Under the pieces are notes generated by a model, which ran no database searches, had not been told where the DNA came from, and saw nothing but the letters and a program-made list of their open reading frames with translations. A DNA stretch of 63,972 nt, counting the filler, from Octopus bimaculoides (Eukaryota), in assembly GCF_001194135.2 (NCBI RefSeq). It is 6 parts of 6 records of this genome, joined end to end, with 100 filler letters (N's around TTAATTAATTAA, not from the genome) between each part and the next. Parts side by side here need not be neighbours in the genome. Positions count along the whole stretch, not along the records: positions 1 to 19,306 come from NC_069004.1; positions 19,407 to 22,925 come from NC_068986.1; 4 more parts are not named here. One strand, given 5' to 3'. Position 1 is the first letter of the stretch, and each line of letters starts with the position of its first letter. Positions 11,963-22,878 of this stretch are shown here, one piece after another. The translations under genes were made by a program, and so were the position numbers.

Positions 11963-12005
11963 ATGTGTATATACATGTATATGTATACACATAAATATGT
12001 GTGCG

Positions 12006-12045
<40 letters not shown>

Positions 12046-12147
12046 CATTTGTGATTAATCTCCTCATATTTCCTCTGATTGTTTTATTCAAAAGCAATGA
12101 ATAGAAAAAGAACATTTAAAATCTACATTTTATGTGTGTGGATACAC

Positions 12148-12187
<40 letters not shown>

Positions 12188-12189
12188 TT

Positions 12190-12400
12190 CAAAAAAAAGA
12201 CAAAAAACAATAACAAAAAACAACAACATGAGGCCGTGATACGGATAGTGTTATTAGACGCTCGGGAAAAGAAAGAGAGAGAGAGAGAGTATGACGTTTC
12301 GGGCGGAGCACTTCGTCGGAAACAAGGAAAGTTCAAAGAAGGGAAAAACGGAGAAAGAAAAAAATCAACACCGATGTCCACGAGGTTACATTATATTATA
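12190..12400 (-). mobile_element. Penelope-like terminal fragment with degenerate hammerhead-like fold
   Basis: Minus strand GTTT-CCGACGA-A-GTGCTCCGCCC-GAAACGTC-ATAC, followed by TTCCCGAGCG as in the 3700/41240 family; flanked by (TA)n on both sides. Confidence 0.5.
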
Positions 12401-12479
12401 TATACATATATATATATATATATATAATTTGGTCATCACTAATTGTGACTGCACATCTATTGCTAGAAATAAGAGTTAA

Positions 12480-12805
12480 ACCATTTATAGCTGTGCAATA
12501 GCACATTTATATATACTGACAAGGTAGATAACTGACCCATGAGTGAAGCAAAGCTAAAACACTGGACTGCACAGTTTCATCCGAGTGGGAATTGTCGGCA
12601 GTGTCCCTCCATCACTTCCATGGAACAACTAATCTCCTGTGTCAGTATATATATATATTTGCCATATGTATTTATGACTGATTTAGTGAAATGCCAAATT
12701 GTGTAGTGTAAAATTAATGTGGGAAGCTGGGTGTAATATAAATGGTGAGGCAGTTATCTACCCTGTCAGTGTATATAAATGTGCTTTTTTGTTGCTTTAA
12801 GTGGC
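12480..12805. mobile_element. TTAA-flanked MITE with ~70-bp imperfect TIRs (piggyBac- or Kolobok-like)
   Basis: TTAA at 12476-12479 and 12806-12809. AGCACATTTATATATACTGACAAGGTAGATAACTG pairs with CAGTTATCTACCCTGTCAGTGTATATAAATGTGCT. Confidence 0.65.
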
Positions 12806-12839
12806 TTAACTGCTTTTTCTAGCAATATAGGTACTTGTA

Positions 12840-13466
12840 GCCAACACTCATCCTGGTTGCCTAAAACAATGTCAGATTTTCCTGTGATGTGATCAGCCTG
12901 GTGTGTTTTTGATCAGGAGTCAGAAGATGTGGCTCCCACTGAGCAGAAACCTTCATCTTGCCAACTTCATTGTGCAGAATATTCTCTATTCCCTCACATG
13001 ATATGCTAATAGCATTGGCTATTTGATTTATAATCATTTGCCTGTCATCCATCACCATGTGGTGAACATGATCAATGTTCTCCTTCGTGGTGGCAGTTGC
13101 AGGACATCCAGAACTTGGGTCATTTCCAAGACTCTACCTTCTCATAAATTCAATCGCCCACTTTGCTCTGTTGATAAAGCTGGAGCATCATCCCCTAATG
13201 TAGCAACCATGTCAGTATGAATGTCATTGGGGGATAAACCCTTTTCCTGCAGGTACTTGATAACACCACAATGTCAAATTTTGTTGATTTTCAAGAGAAG
13301 TCTCCTGGTTGCTTTTTTTGTCTTCTTTGAACAGTCAGATGTTAGTTCACCTGGAAAGAAACAATGCAGTTATTAATAAAATGTGTTGAAATTAATGCAT
13401 GAAAGATTTCACAGCTCTAGCATCACTCCTTCATAGTCAGCCTAAGGATTTTTCAGCTCACCCAGG
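12840..13466 (-). mobile_element. Mariner relic, 5' TIR plus N-terminal half of transposase (frameshifted)
   Basis: Translates GVIKYLQEKGLSPNDIHTDMVATLGDDAPALS...NIDHVHHMVMDDRQ...MKVSAQWEPHLLTPDQK (degenerate WVPHLL), ending at QDECW. TA at 13467-13468. Confidence 0.85.
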
Positions 13467-13659
13467 TAGTCACAGTTCTGTACATTCTGAGTTCAAATCA
13501 TGATGAGGTTAGCTTTGCCTTTTACCCTTCTGGGATTGATAAAATAATGTACCATTGATATACTGGACTAAGTTTAACTCACTAAATCCTTCGAATCTGT
13601 GGCCTTGCACCTACGGAGTCAAATATCTGGCAATGAAGTATTTTAAAAATTGACAAGAT

Positions 13660-13795
13660 GACCTTCAAAAGAAACAATTTATTAATAAGAAGTGTTGAAA
13701 TTAATGCATGCAAGGTTTCACAGGTCTAGCATCACTACCTCATAGTCAGTCACAGTCAGTCATAGTCAGTCAATGAAATTTCCAGTGCATCCTCA
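13660..13795 (-). mobile_element. Second 5' end of the same mariner family
   Basis: GAAACAAT..ATTAATAA..TGTTGAAATTAATGCATG...CTAGCATCACT.C.TCATAGTCAG matches 13357-13440; TA at 13796-13797. Confidence 0.65.
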
Positions 13796-14212
13796 TATGT
13801 ACATATATGCATGTGTGTGTTTATAAGCAAATGTCCAGCCATCATATACAAGTAAGAATGGCTTGGTGACATATATGATGCTTTCACTAATTACATTACA
13901 TAGTTATGTAGTTACTTGCAGACATAGACCTCCCCACCACGCCCACTACCTTTTGGCACTTCCACAGTGTACCCTGCAGTATACCCTAGGATGTGACAGT
14001 AGAAAGGAGAGAGGGTTACCCTAGTACCTAGATGGTACTAATTTTCAGTGGTGGAGATTGGTGCAACATGAAATAAAGTGTCTTGCTTAAGGAGACTATG
14101 TGCCACCTGGACCAAAAGTTGAACCTATGACCTTGCAATCATTAGTTTTGCACCTTAACCAATGGACCACAAGCCTTCACTTTATATGTATACATGTGTA
14201 TACATATATATA

Positions 14213-15465
14213 TTGGGTTGACCCATAAATAATGCAGTTTTTTTAATACTTTTTTATTTTTCAAAATTAAGGTAAACAAAGTTCTTCTTTAATCTAAAAT
14301 ATACTTTCCTCCATTTTCTACAATGCTGTTCCACCTATCTGGTAGACTTGCAAGGCCCCTCTTCCAAAATTCACTTGTCCGTGACAAAAAATACTCCTCC
14401 AGTACTGTTCTGACCTCATCTACAGAATTCCTATTTTTTCTGTCCAAATTATTTTGAAGATTGCAGAATAAATGATAATCAGATGGGACAATGTCCATTC
14501 AAACTGCTCCAGCCTTTGGAATGTCATCCTCACTGTATGTGGCCAAGCATTATCCTAATAGAAGAATACCTTTCATCTTGAAACCAAAGATGGTGGTTTT
14601 TCTTCTAAAACTGACTTTAGTTGCTCAAGCTGCTCACAGTAGATCTCCTTTGTTATTGTTTGGTTTGGGTTTAAAAGTTCAAAGTGGACTGAACCTTTCA
14701 TATCCAACCAAGCAGATGACAACACCTTATATGTGTGAAAACGTTCCTTAGCCTGAAGTGCTGGTGTTTCTCCTTTCCCTACCCTCTGTCTTCGGCACTT
14801 AATATTATTATAGAAAACCCATTTCTCATCACCAGTCACTGTTCAGTCCAAAAACGGTTCATTCATGAGACGTGACAACAAAGAAGTGCACACATTCACT
14901 CTCTGTGCATGATTAGAGTCGGAAAGTTTGTGAGGAACCTATTGACCCAATTTGCTGACTTTTCCGATGTCATGCAGGTATCAATGAATGGTTGAATGAG
15001 CAAATCCAAGTTTCTCTGCTAGTTCCTCAACAGTTACGATGGGATTTTGTTCCACCAGGGTTTGTAGGACATCCTTGTCAAGCTCTACAGATCTTCCAGG
15101 ATGAGGCTCATCTTCTAGGCTGTAGTTTCTGGCTTGGAATTTCTGGAACCACTGTTGACACTGGCTTTCGCTTATTGTCCAATCCTCATATACTGCATTA
15201 ATATTCCTCACACTTTCCATTCCGTTGTTGCCTTTATTGAACTCATAAAGTAAAATATGCTGAATATGCTCCTTTGTCACTTCCATTATAGCTTTGAAAA
15301 CATAACTTAAAATCAAACTGCACTCGTCAAAACTTGCACTAAGAATAAGTACAAGGTAAAATTACTACTTGCTTTTATAGCAAGTTGATGCAGGTAGTTT
15401 ATCCCATTCCCCTCCGAGTTTTAGTTCATGCAATTGAAAAACCACATTATTTATGGGATGACTCA

Positions 15466-15466
<1 letters not shown>
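14213..15466 (-). mobile_element. Full-length but inactivated mariner (Hsmar1/SETMAR-like transposase; coding relic 15286-14289)
   Basis: TIRs TTGGGTTGACCCATAAATAATG / CATTATTTATGGGATGACTCAA. Peptides MEVTKEHIQHILLYEF..., TGDEKWVFY and SDYHLF...LPDRWNSIVENGGKY, with multiple stops and frameshifts. Confidence 0.92.
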
Positions 15467-15539
<73 letters not shown>

Positions 15540-15567
15540 ACACACACGTGTATGTGTGTGTATATGA

Positions 15568-15602
<35 letters not shown>

Positions 15603-16075
15603 CTACAGTTCCATTATAGGTAGAATCAATACAAAAAGTATTCTATCCAGTGAGAGATAAATATCAATTTAAATACACAACCGAAAGAGCTACTAAGAGT
15701 TTCATGCTATTATGATACTTGAAAAGGCAAATTTTGACATATTTTCTGTTATTTTGTTCTAAACCAGTTGCATTTAATGAGCTTTCTGCAATCAGGGACA
15801 ACAAGGGTCTTAGTTTTCTTGATTTCGTTTCTTTTTATTCATTCCCTTTTTTGCACCAACCTTCTTCACATTTTTTGTTTTGCTGTTTTTTTCTTATTTT
15901 CTTACTGTCTGGCCTCCTTCTTTTTGATATATATAACGCATAAACAGAGCTTGAAAGATTGCTTTAAGAAACATAACATATTTTAAGATACATAGCGTAT
16001 TTTATAGATATGCCTGTTCAAGTATCATAATAGCATGAAACTATTAGTAGCTCTTTTGGGTGTGTATTTAAATTG

Positions 16076-16106
<31 letters not shown>

Positions 16107-16121
16107 TATATATATATATAT

Positions 16122-16225
<104 letters not shown>

Positions 16226-16486
16226 AACTGTCTCTTCTCACACAAGCATACACACTTGTAAGCGCACACATGCACACAAACACAAGCACGCACACATATT
16301 ACATATTTCTTTTTTATTGATGAATTGGTTTTGCAAATGTTGAAATATAATTAATTTCTGATAATTAAGAATGACAAATGAAGTTAGACATTATTAAAAG
16401 TTTAGTTGCTCCTGAGCATCACTTTGACTTGAACCACCACTGCCACCACTGCCACCAAAAACGTGTGTGTGGTGAGTGTATGTGCA

Positions 16487-16517
<31 letters not shown>

Positions 16518-16705
16518 ATGCATCTGTATCAGTGTTTGTGTGTATATGTGTGTGTATGTACATCTATATGTATATGTATGTGTATGCATGTGTGTTTGTG
16601 TATATGTGGGTATATACATCTATGTGTGTATGTGCATGTGTGTCTCTGTGACTGTGAGTGTGTGTGCATCTCTGCTTGGCTCTGTGTGTATGTTACATAC
16701 ACCCT

Positions 16706-16920
16706 GAGGGCGGTGAACTGCCAGAATCGTTTCCAGTCAAAATGCTTAGCGGCATTTCTTGTGACACTTTACATTCTGAGTTCAAATTCCATGCCGAGGT
16801 TAACTTTGCCTTTCATCCCTCCAGGGTCAATAAAATAAGTATCAGTTGAGCACTGGGGTTGATGTAATTGACCAGTACCTCCACCCACAAAATTTCAGGT
16901 CTCCAGCCTACTGTAGAAGG
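16706..16920 (+). mobile_element. SINE family B
   Basis: GAGGGCGGTGAACTGCCAGAATCGTT head, TTCTGAGTTCAAATTCC core and AAAATTTCAGG tail. Confidence 0.75.
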
Positions 16921-17128
16921 GTTATCACATGCAGCTTGTTTAAGGAATTCACTTCAAAACAACGATGTCTCTGGTTTGATACCCTCATGTGACCTCTCAG
17001 GTAGATTGATGCAAGATTTGTGAGTGAAATTGTATATATAGAAACTGTATAGAAGCTCATTAGATGAACTCTGTGTTCCATGCAACATTGTTTAGCTTAC
17101 AATAAACAAGTAATTATCACTTAATTAA

Positions 17129-17585
17129 CCTCTTAAAACTCAGATTACTCTGTCAACTGTAAAGCTTATTTATTCACATTGTTTTCAATTAATCATGTAT
17201 TATCTTGTAGCTTCAAGATTTTGCTGATGTGACTGTTTATTGGCTTCAAATTTTGGCACAAAGCCAGTAATTCCAAGGGGAGGGATTCAGTCAATTACAT
17301 CGACCCCAGGGTTCAACAGGTAATTATTTTATTGACCCTGAAAGGATGAAATGCAAAGTCAACCTTGGCAGAATTTGAACTCAGAACATAAAGATAGGCA
17401 TCATACTGCTAAGCATTCTACCCGTTGTGCTGACAATTCTGCCAGCTCACTGCATTATAATGTCATTGTTTATTATTAGAATGATATTGTAGGGTTGGTG
17501 TGGAGAGCCAGATCTGACTGTTTTGAACACAAAACAGATAAAATATTTGAGTGAAATATGAATGGTTTAAATGATGAATTGTTTA
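17129..17585. mobile_element. TTAA MITE (42340 family) interrupted by a family B SINE (17241-17466, minus)
   Basis: The two halves match the reverse complement of 42340-42555. The SINE is flanked by a TGTTTAT duplication. Confidence 0.6.
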
Positions 17586-17861
17586 ATTAACTTTTGGGGT
17601 TACTTTTTCTGATGAGCTGTAGTGCACGTGAATACTGTATGCAATAAGTTCATTTTTATTCAATACAGGGTTTTTTTTTTCTAAGTGGTAGACTAACTTT
17701 GGTACAAATTTCAGAGTTCCCGAAAAATTTTCATTAACAAAGATGAGAGCTTTGAATCTTATAGCAGACTTTCCTCAGTAGCAAATGGAAAAAAATGCAC
17801 TTGAAGGCATTCTCTTCCAATATAATCCCATCTGATCTACTTTACACTTTACACTTTTACA

Positions 17862-18255
17862 CTTTTACTTGTTTCTGTCATTTGACTGTGGCCATGCTGG
17901 AGCACTGCCTTTAGTTGAGCAAATCAACCCCAGGACTTATTCTTTGTAAGCCAAGTACTTATTCTATCGGTCACTTTTGCTGAACCGCTAAGTTACAGGG
18001 GACGTAAACACACCAGCATCGGTTGTCAAGCGATGTTGGGGGGACAAACATAGACACACAAACGCACACACACACATATATATACATATATATGACGGGC
18101 TTCTTTCAGTTTCCGTCTACCAAATCCACTCACAAGGCTTTGGTTGGCCCGAGGCTATAGTAGAAGACACTTGCCCAAGGTGCCACACAGTGGGACTGAA
18201 CCCAGAACCATGTGGCTGGTAAGCAAGCTACTTACCACACAGCCACTCCTGCGCC
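17862..18255 (-). mobile_element. SINE family A, near-intact copy
   Basis: High similarity to the reverse complement of 2247-2650. Confidence 0.85.
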
Positions 18256-19007
18256 TGGAAATAAAAATCTTCAGGCATGACTGTGTGGTAGCAACTTTGT
18301 TTCCCAACCACATGGTTCCAGGTTCAATCCCACAGCATGGCACCTTGGGCAACTGCACTACATTCAAAGACGGTCTGAAGCAACTTAGCCCCATCTGGTT
18401 ATATGCAGTCAACTATGCTCAACCCTTCAGCATTCAGATTATTCAGTTAAACATAATGCTTACTTGCTCACACTGTTTTGAATTAGTCAACCATTATCTC
18501 AAAGCTTTGAGAATTTGATGACGATGATGATGATCAGCATCATTGTTTAACGTCTGCCTTCCATGCTAACATGAGTTGGACAGTTTAACAGGAACAGGCC
18601 AGGTAGGAACCTGCATCAGACTTCCGTGTCTGGTTTGGCATGGTTTTTACAGCTGGATACTCTTCCTAGCACCAACAACCCAGCAGAGTGGACAGAGTGC
18701 TTTTTAAGTGGCAGAAGCACAGGTGCGGTCAGTTTTAGCATGGTTTTTTTTTACACTGGATGTCCTTCCAAATGCCAACCACTTTACAGTGTGGACTGGT
18801 TGCTTTTGGTGTGGCACATTGTTTATTTTTAGAATGATATTGTGGGGTAAGTGTCAGATGCCAGGTCTGGCCAGTCTGAACATAAAACAGGTAGAATATT
18901 CGGGCTTAATAACACCAATTTAAATGTGAAAGGGTTAAAACTGAGATAACCGAAAATGTCTTGTTGCCCAATGTACAGGCCAACTCTGAGGGAGGAACTA
19001 AAACAAA

Positions 19008-19306
19008 GACTAAGGCAGTCTATCTTGGACTACAGAACTAAGATGAAGACTAAGGTAGTCTATCTTGTACTACAGAACTAAGACGAAGACTAAGGCAGTC
19101 TATCTTGGACTACAGAACTAAGATGAAGACTAAGGCAGTCTATCTTGGACTACAGAACTAAGATGAAGACTAAGGCAGTCTATCTTAGACTACAGAACTA
19201 AGATGAAGACTAAGGCAGTCTATCTTGGACTACAGAACTAAGATGAAGACTAAGGTAGTCTATCTTGTACTACAGAACTAAGACGAAGACTAAGGCAGTC
19301 TATCTT
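19008..19306. repeat. 40-bp minisatellite, at least 7.5 units, runs into a gap
   Basis: Unit GACTAAGGCAGTCTATCTTGGACTACAGAACTAAGATGAA; units abut with no spacers. Confidence 0.95.
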
Positions 19307-19406
19307 NNNNNNNNNNNNNNNNNNNNNNNNNNNNNNNNNNNNNNNNNNNNTTAATTAATTAANNNNNNNNNNNNNNNNNNNNNNNNNNNNNNNNNNNNNN
19401 NNNNNN
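19307..19406. other. Artificial scaffold spacer N44-TTAATTAATTAA-N44
   Basis: Exactly 100 bp; a six-frame stop linker flanked by 44 N on each side; the same construct occurs five times. Confidence 0.95.
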
Positions 19407-19452
19407 AAGTCCAGCGTGTGGCATTATTATTATTTTTTCTAGTAATGCCCTT

Positions 19453-19499
<47 letters not shown>

Positions 19500-20379
19500 C
19501 TGTCTGTGTTTATATATATATATGTATATATATTTGTAGAGAGAGAGAGAGAGAGAGAGTGAGAGAGAGACAGAGAGACAGAGAGAGAGACAGATAATTA
19601 TGTAGTCATGTATGGTCCCACCTAATGGGGCAGAACACAGCTGGCTGTTTCGTCTTCACACAATCGAGCAACGTTTTTGTTCGTTAATTTTAGTGAATTA
19701 CTGTAATTATTATTCCTTTTTAGGTTATATCGCTTTTTTTTATTTGGGGTTATTGCATATACTACATATATTGTCAGAAAAAGTGATCGGTGTATCCTCA
19801 CTGGAAGGCGACATTGCATTAATAAATTACTAATTTGTCTTGTATCTTAATCACTGTACACTTATTCGTTTTTTCTAATATTATTAATGCCATTCCCATT
19901 GTTACTATGAATCATTTCACTCAACACCATTTCTTTTAATTTATATATACACTGCATACATGCTTCATACATACATGCATACGTACACACATATACATAT
20001 ACATATTTACACGCACACACACACACATACAGAAGCACACGCATACACACACATACACATATATATAGTCAATTCAAAGAAGAGAATAGTAATATTTCCG
20101 ATAGCATACAACAAAAAGATGTGACCAAGGAATATATTGGTTTGACGTTCAAAAAAAGAGTGCGTGTCTCTACGTTTTAAAGCATAGATCTTCGATGGAA
20201 AGGGGAAAAAGAAAAGTAAAAAAGGAAGAAGTCGCCAACAGCACGTGTGTAACATATATAAGCATGTACGTGTGTGCGTGTGTGTATGTGGAGGCACATT
20301 GCCTAGTGGTTAAAGTAACGGACTCGCGCTCGAAGGATCACAGGTTCGAATGTCGGACTGGCCGATGTGCGTGTTTATG

Positions 20380-20416
<37 letters not shown>

Positions 20417-21759
20417 ATACCTATCTGCAAAAACATAAAATAATGGCAATCTGTTAACAAACGTCTTTTTGGAAGGACGTGTGCTTTTCGCTCTGACCCA
20501 CCTGCATTGAAACTTCTTTGAAACTCTGCAGGAGTCGCATGTGTTTGCGTGTGCGCGCAACTATGTGCGTGTTTGTGTGTGTGAGTGTGTATGTGTGTGT
20601 GTATATTCATGTTGGCTGATACCATGGCATTATAACTGGTAGAAAATCTGCAAAAGATACTCAGAAAATATTTACCAAACTGTAAAAACAAACATCTTGT
20701 GGCGGCAATTTATTCGAAAAAAACCCTCCAAGACGTTGCCTCTCACTGTCTACAGTCCAATGACAGAAAGAAGTCAATGACAGAAGCATTAACAAATTTA
20801 TGGAACGCAGAATATTCAGAGCCGGACCATCAATATCAAATAACCGAAATGTGATGAGTATTGTAGATTTTTCATCTATAATTCCTTGGTTTATCACGTA
20901 AAAGATGAAGTCATGTCGAAGTCGTAGAAAAAGACCAATTATATAAATATTAGAGACGCCACATTCATTTTGATTCTGTTCAAAGGGGATAATTCAGTTA
21001 CTTTGAAAATTGTGTCTGATACGTTAAATATAAAACGATTATGAACGAAGATTAAGATTCTATAGATTGAAAACTGTTATCAGGTTGGAATAAACACATT
21101 TGTTAGAAATAATATTTCAATAGGAAACCTCGTGGGTGTTAACGAATTCGAAGACAATACAGGCGATATGTGTAAGAAGTACTTTAATGTTGAGAAGTGA
21201 AAGGTCAAAATATTTTACATCGCAACTGAGATAAAAGTTTTGTCTTTTATCTATCGTCTTTTCACCTGCTTTAGTGATTGGATTGCAACCATGCCGTAGT
21301 CAACGTCATGAAGGCTATTAGGTATATAAATCAATCTCCGTTTAATGTTGTTTTCCTTGTTTTGTTGTATTCTTTAGTCTGGTACTTACTATATCGCTCT
21401 CTTTGACTGAACAGCTAACCTGCAGAGACTTGACCCATTATCATTTAGATTAATGCGTCTGACGTATTTACTCACATTACTTTGAATTCCTCATGCATTT
21501 TTATTTTTTTAGTTGAGATTTCGATGATACACTTGTTTATTATTTGTATGACAACGTAGGTTAGGTGTGAAAGGCGGAATATGACCAGCCTATATTTAAG
21601 AGATTAGGGATTATGTACATTATTTAAATTTGGCGGATATTTGTCCTCATCGTGTGTGTTGTTAACACAACGCCATATGCCCGTGGGTTAAGAGCTTAGT
21701 GGTTAAGGGTGCGGGCTACTAACCCCAAGATTCCGATTTCGATTCCTTCCAGTCAGTGA

Positions 21760-21830
<71 letters not shown>

Positions 21831-21831
<1 letters not shown>

Positions 21832-22167
21832 AAAGACCTGGAAATAGAGATAAAGCAAAATACAAAGACCTGGAAATAGAGATAACTTGAATGTGGAATC
21901 TAAAAACAGAAACAATTCCTATCATAGTAGGTGTCTTAGGTATAATAAAACAATATTCAGACAAATACATAACAAAAACACCAGGACTCACAAATATATA
22001 TATCATACAGAAATTTGCACTACTGGGTACTGCACACATCCTACGCAAAACACTTTCAATACAGTAACCATAAGAGCACCACAGCAAACCACAGCACATA
22101 CCCAAGGCGCAAAGAGCTGCGCTCGGTAGTGAAGTGAAACCACGTTATAAAAATAAAACTACTGAAC
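21831..22167 (+). mobile_element. 5'-truncated Dong/R4-type (RLE) LINE 3' end
   Basis: KYKDLEIEIT*MWNLKTETIPIIVGVLG...QKFALLGTAHILRKTLSIQ* (stop 22065-22067) is typical of the C-terminus of an RLE-clade LINE ORF. A 3' UTR follows, and (TAA)n lies on both flanks. Confidence 0.8.
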
Positions 22168-22230
22168 AATAATAATAATAACATCGAAAAGTACCTTAGG
22201 GATGAGAACCCAAGTTCGAAATTTCCCCAA

Positions 22231-22276
22231 GACACCTGAAGAAGGCTGTAGGGTGTATCAGCCGAAACGTTGTGTT
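22231..22276 (+). ncRNA. Minimal type-I hammerhead ribozyme motif (Penelope-type, palindromic stem III)
   Basis: Stem I GACAC/GUGUU; core CUGAAGA plus an extra A; stem II GGCUG/CAGCC; GAAA; loopless ACGU stem III; predicted cleavage after U22271. Activity is not demonstrated. Confidence 0.75.
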
Positions 22277-22878
22277 ACCAACAAACAAAATGTGGACAAA
22301 TATTCGTCAAATGTAAATAATGTAAATAGTGTATGGTCAGCCTGTACAGAAAACATTTAGGATGGACATGGCCGGCTTAAATGCTAAAGGTTAAACAAAA
22401 CATTGTCGATTGTACAGTGTTCGGAGATGAGTGAAAAACAGAACAAATAGACATACATGTGAGTAGTGAGGATGGTGATCTTTGTACACCGTGCGAATGA
22501 AAAGCATGACGCCTTAAAGGGCGTAAAAAAATCAGGAGAGTCAACGGACTTCATACCAAAATTTACCCTTGTTGTACAGGTCAAGCGTATTTAAGACAAT
22601 CCATCGAAGAGAGGGAAAAGTCTGAAAAAAAAAAAAGCCGATTGTTCAGCGAGGACTTGCAACCAGCTGATATCATGCAGAGAAAATATATGACATGAAG
22701 ATGTTATACTTTCTTCTACGGATCACTAATAATAAATATATATGTCTACATGTGTGTATGTTCGTACATACGTAACTACGTATGTATGTATGTACGTATG
22801 TATATATGTGTCTATGTATACATACACACACGTATACATGCATACACACACACACACACACACATATATATATTGAGA

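Larger units (their letters stand above)
21684..22327 (+). mobile_element. Putative tRNA-headed element with Penelope-type, hammerhead-containing tail (interrupted by the Dong fragment)
   Basis: A box-like GCTTAGTGGTTAAGG, anticodon-like arm GGG-CTACTAA-CCC and B box-like GATTTCGATTCC (21735-21746), then (TAA)n. After the insertion come (TAA)n, the hammerhead and the tail. That head and tail form one element is inferred. Confidence 0.55.
21425..22393. mobile_element. TTAA MITE (42340 family) split by a composite insertion
   Basis: Left half about 21425-21591, right half 22332-22393 ending TAAATGCTAAAGGTTAA. TATGACCAGCCT / TATGGTCAGCCT is duplicated at the junctions. Confidence 0.55.

Noticed and set aside
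10742-12048. Long ORFs of 200-400 aa (also around 3.3, 8.7, 36.1, 51, 53.7 and 60 kb)
   Set aside because: Open only because they traverse N-runs and dinucleotide repeats.
19008-19306. CRISPR-like array (hairpin-forming ~40-bp repeats)
   Set aside because: Units are contiguous with no unique spacers, there are no cas genes, and the context is eukaryotic.
19351-19362. Recurrent TTAATTAATTAA as a biological motif (homeodomain site or piggyBac target)
   Set aside because: Always centred in exactly 44+44 N, so it is an assembly linker.
22446-22621. Minus-strand exon candidate with poly-T/CAG acceptor and GTATGT donor
   Set aside because: All three frames contain stops across the full length; a 55-nt shorter version is open but unrecognisable. 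It could be UTR but is unsupported.
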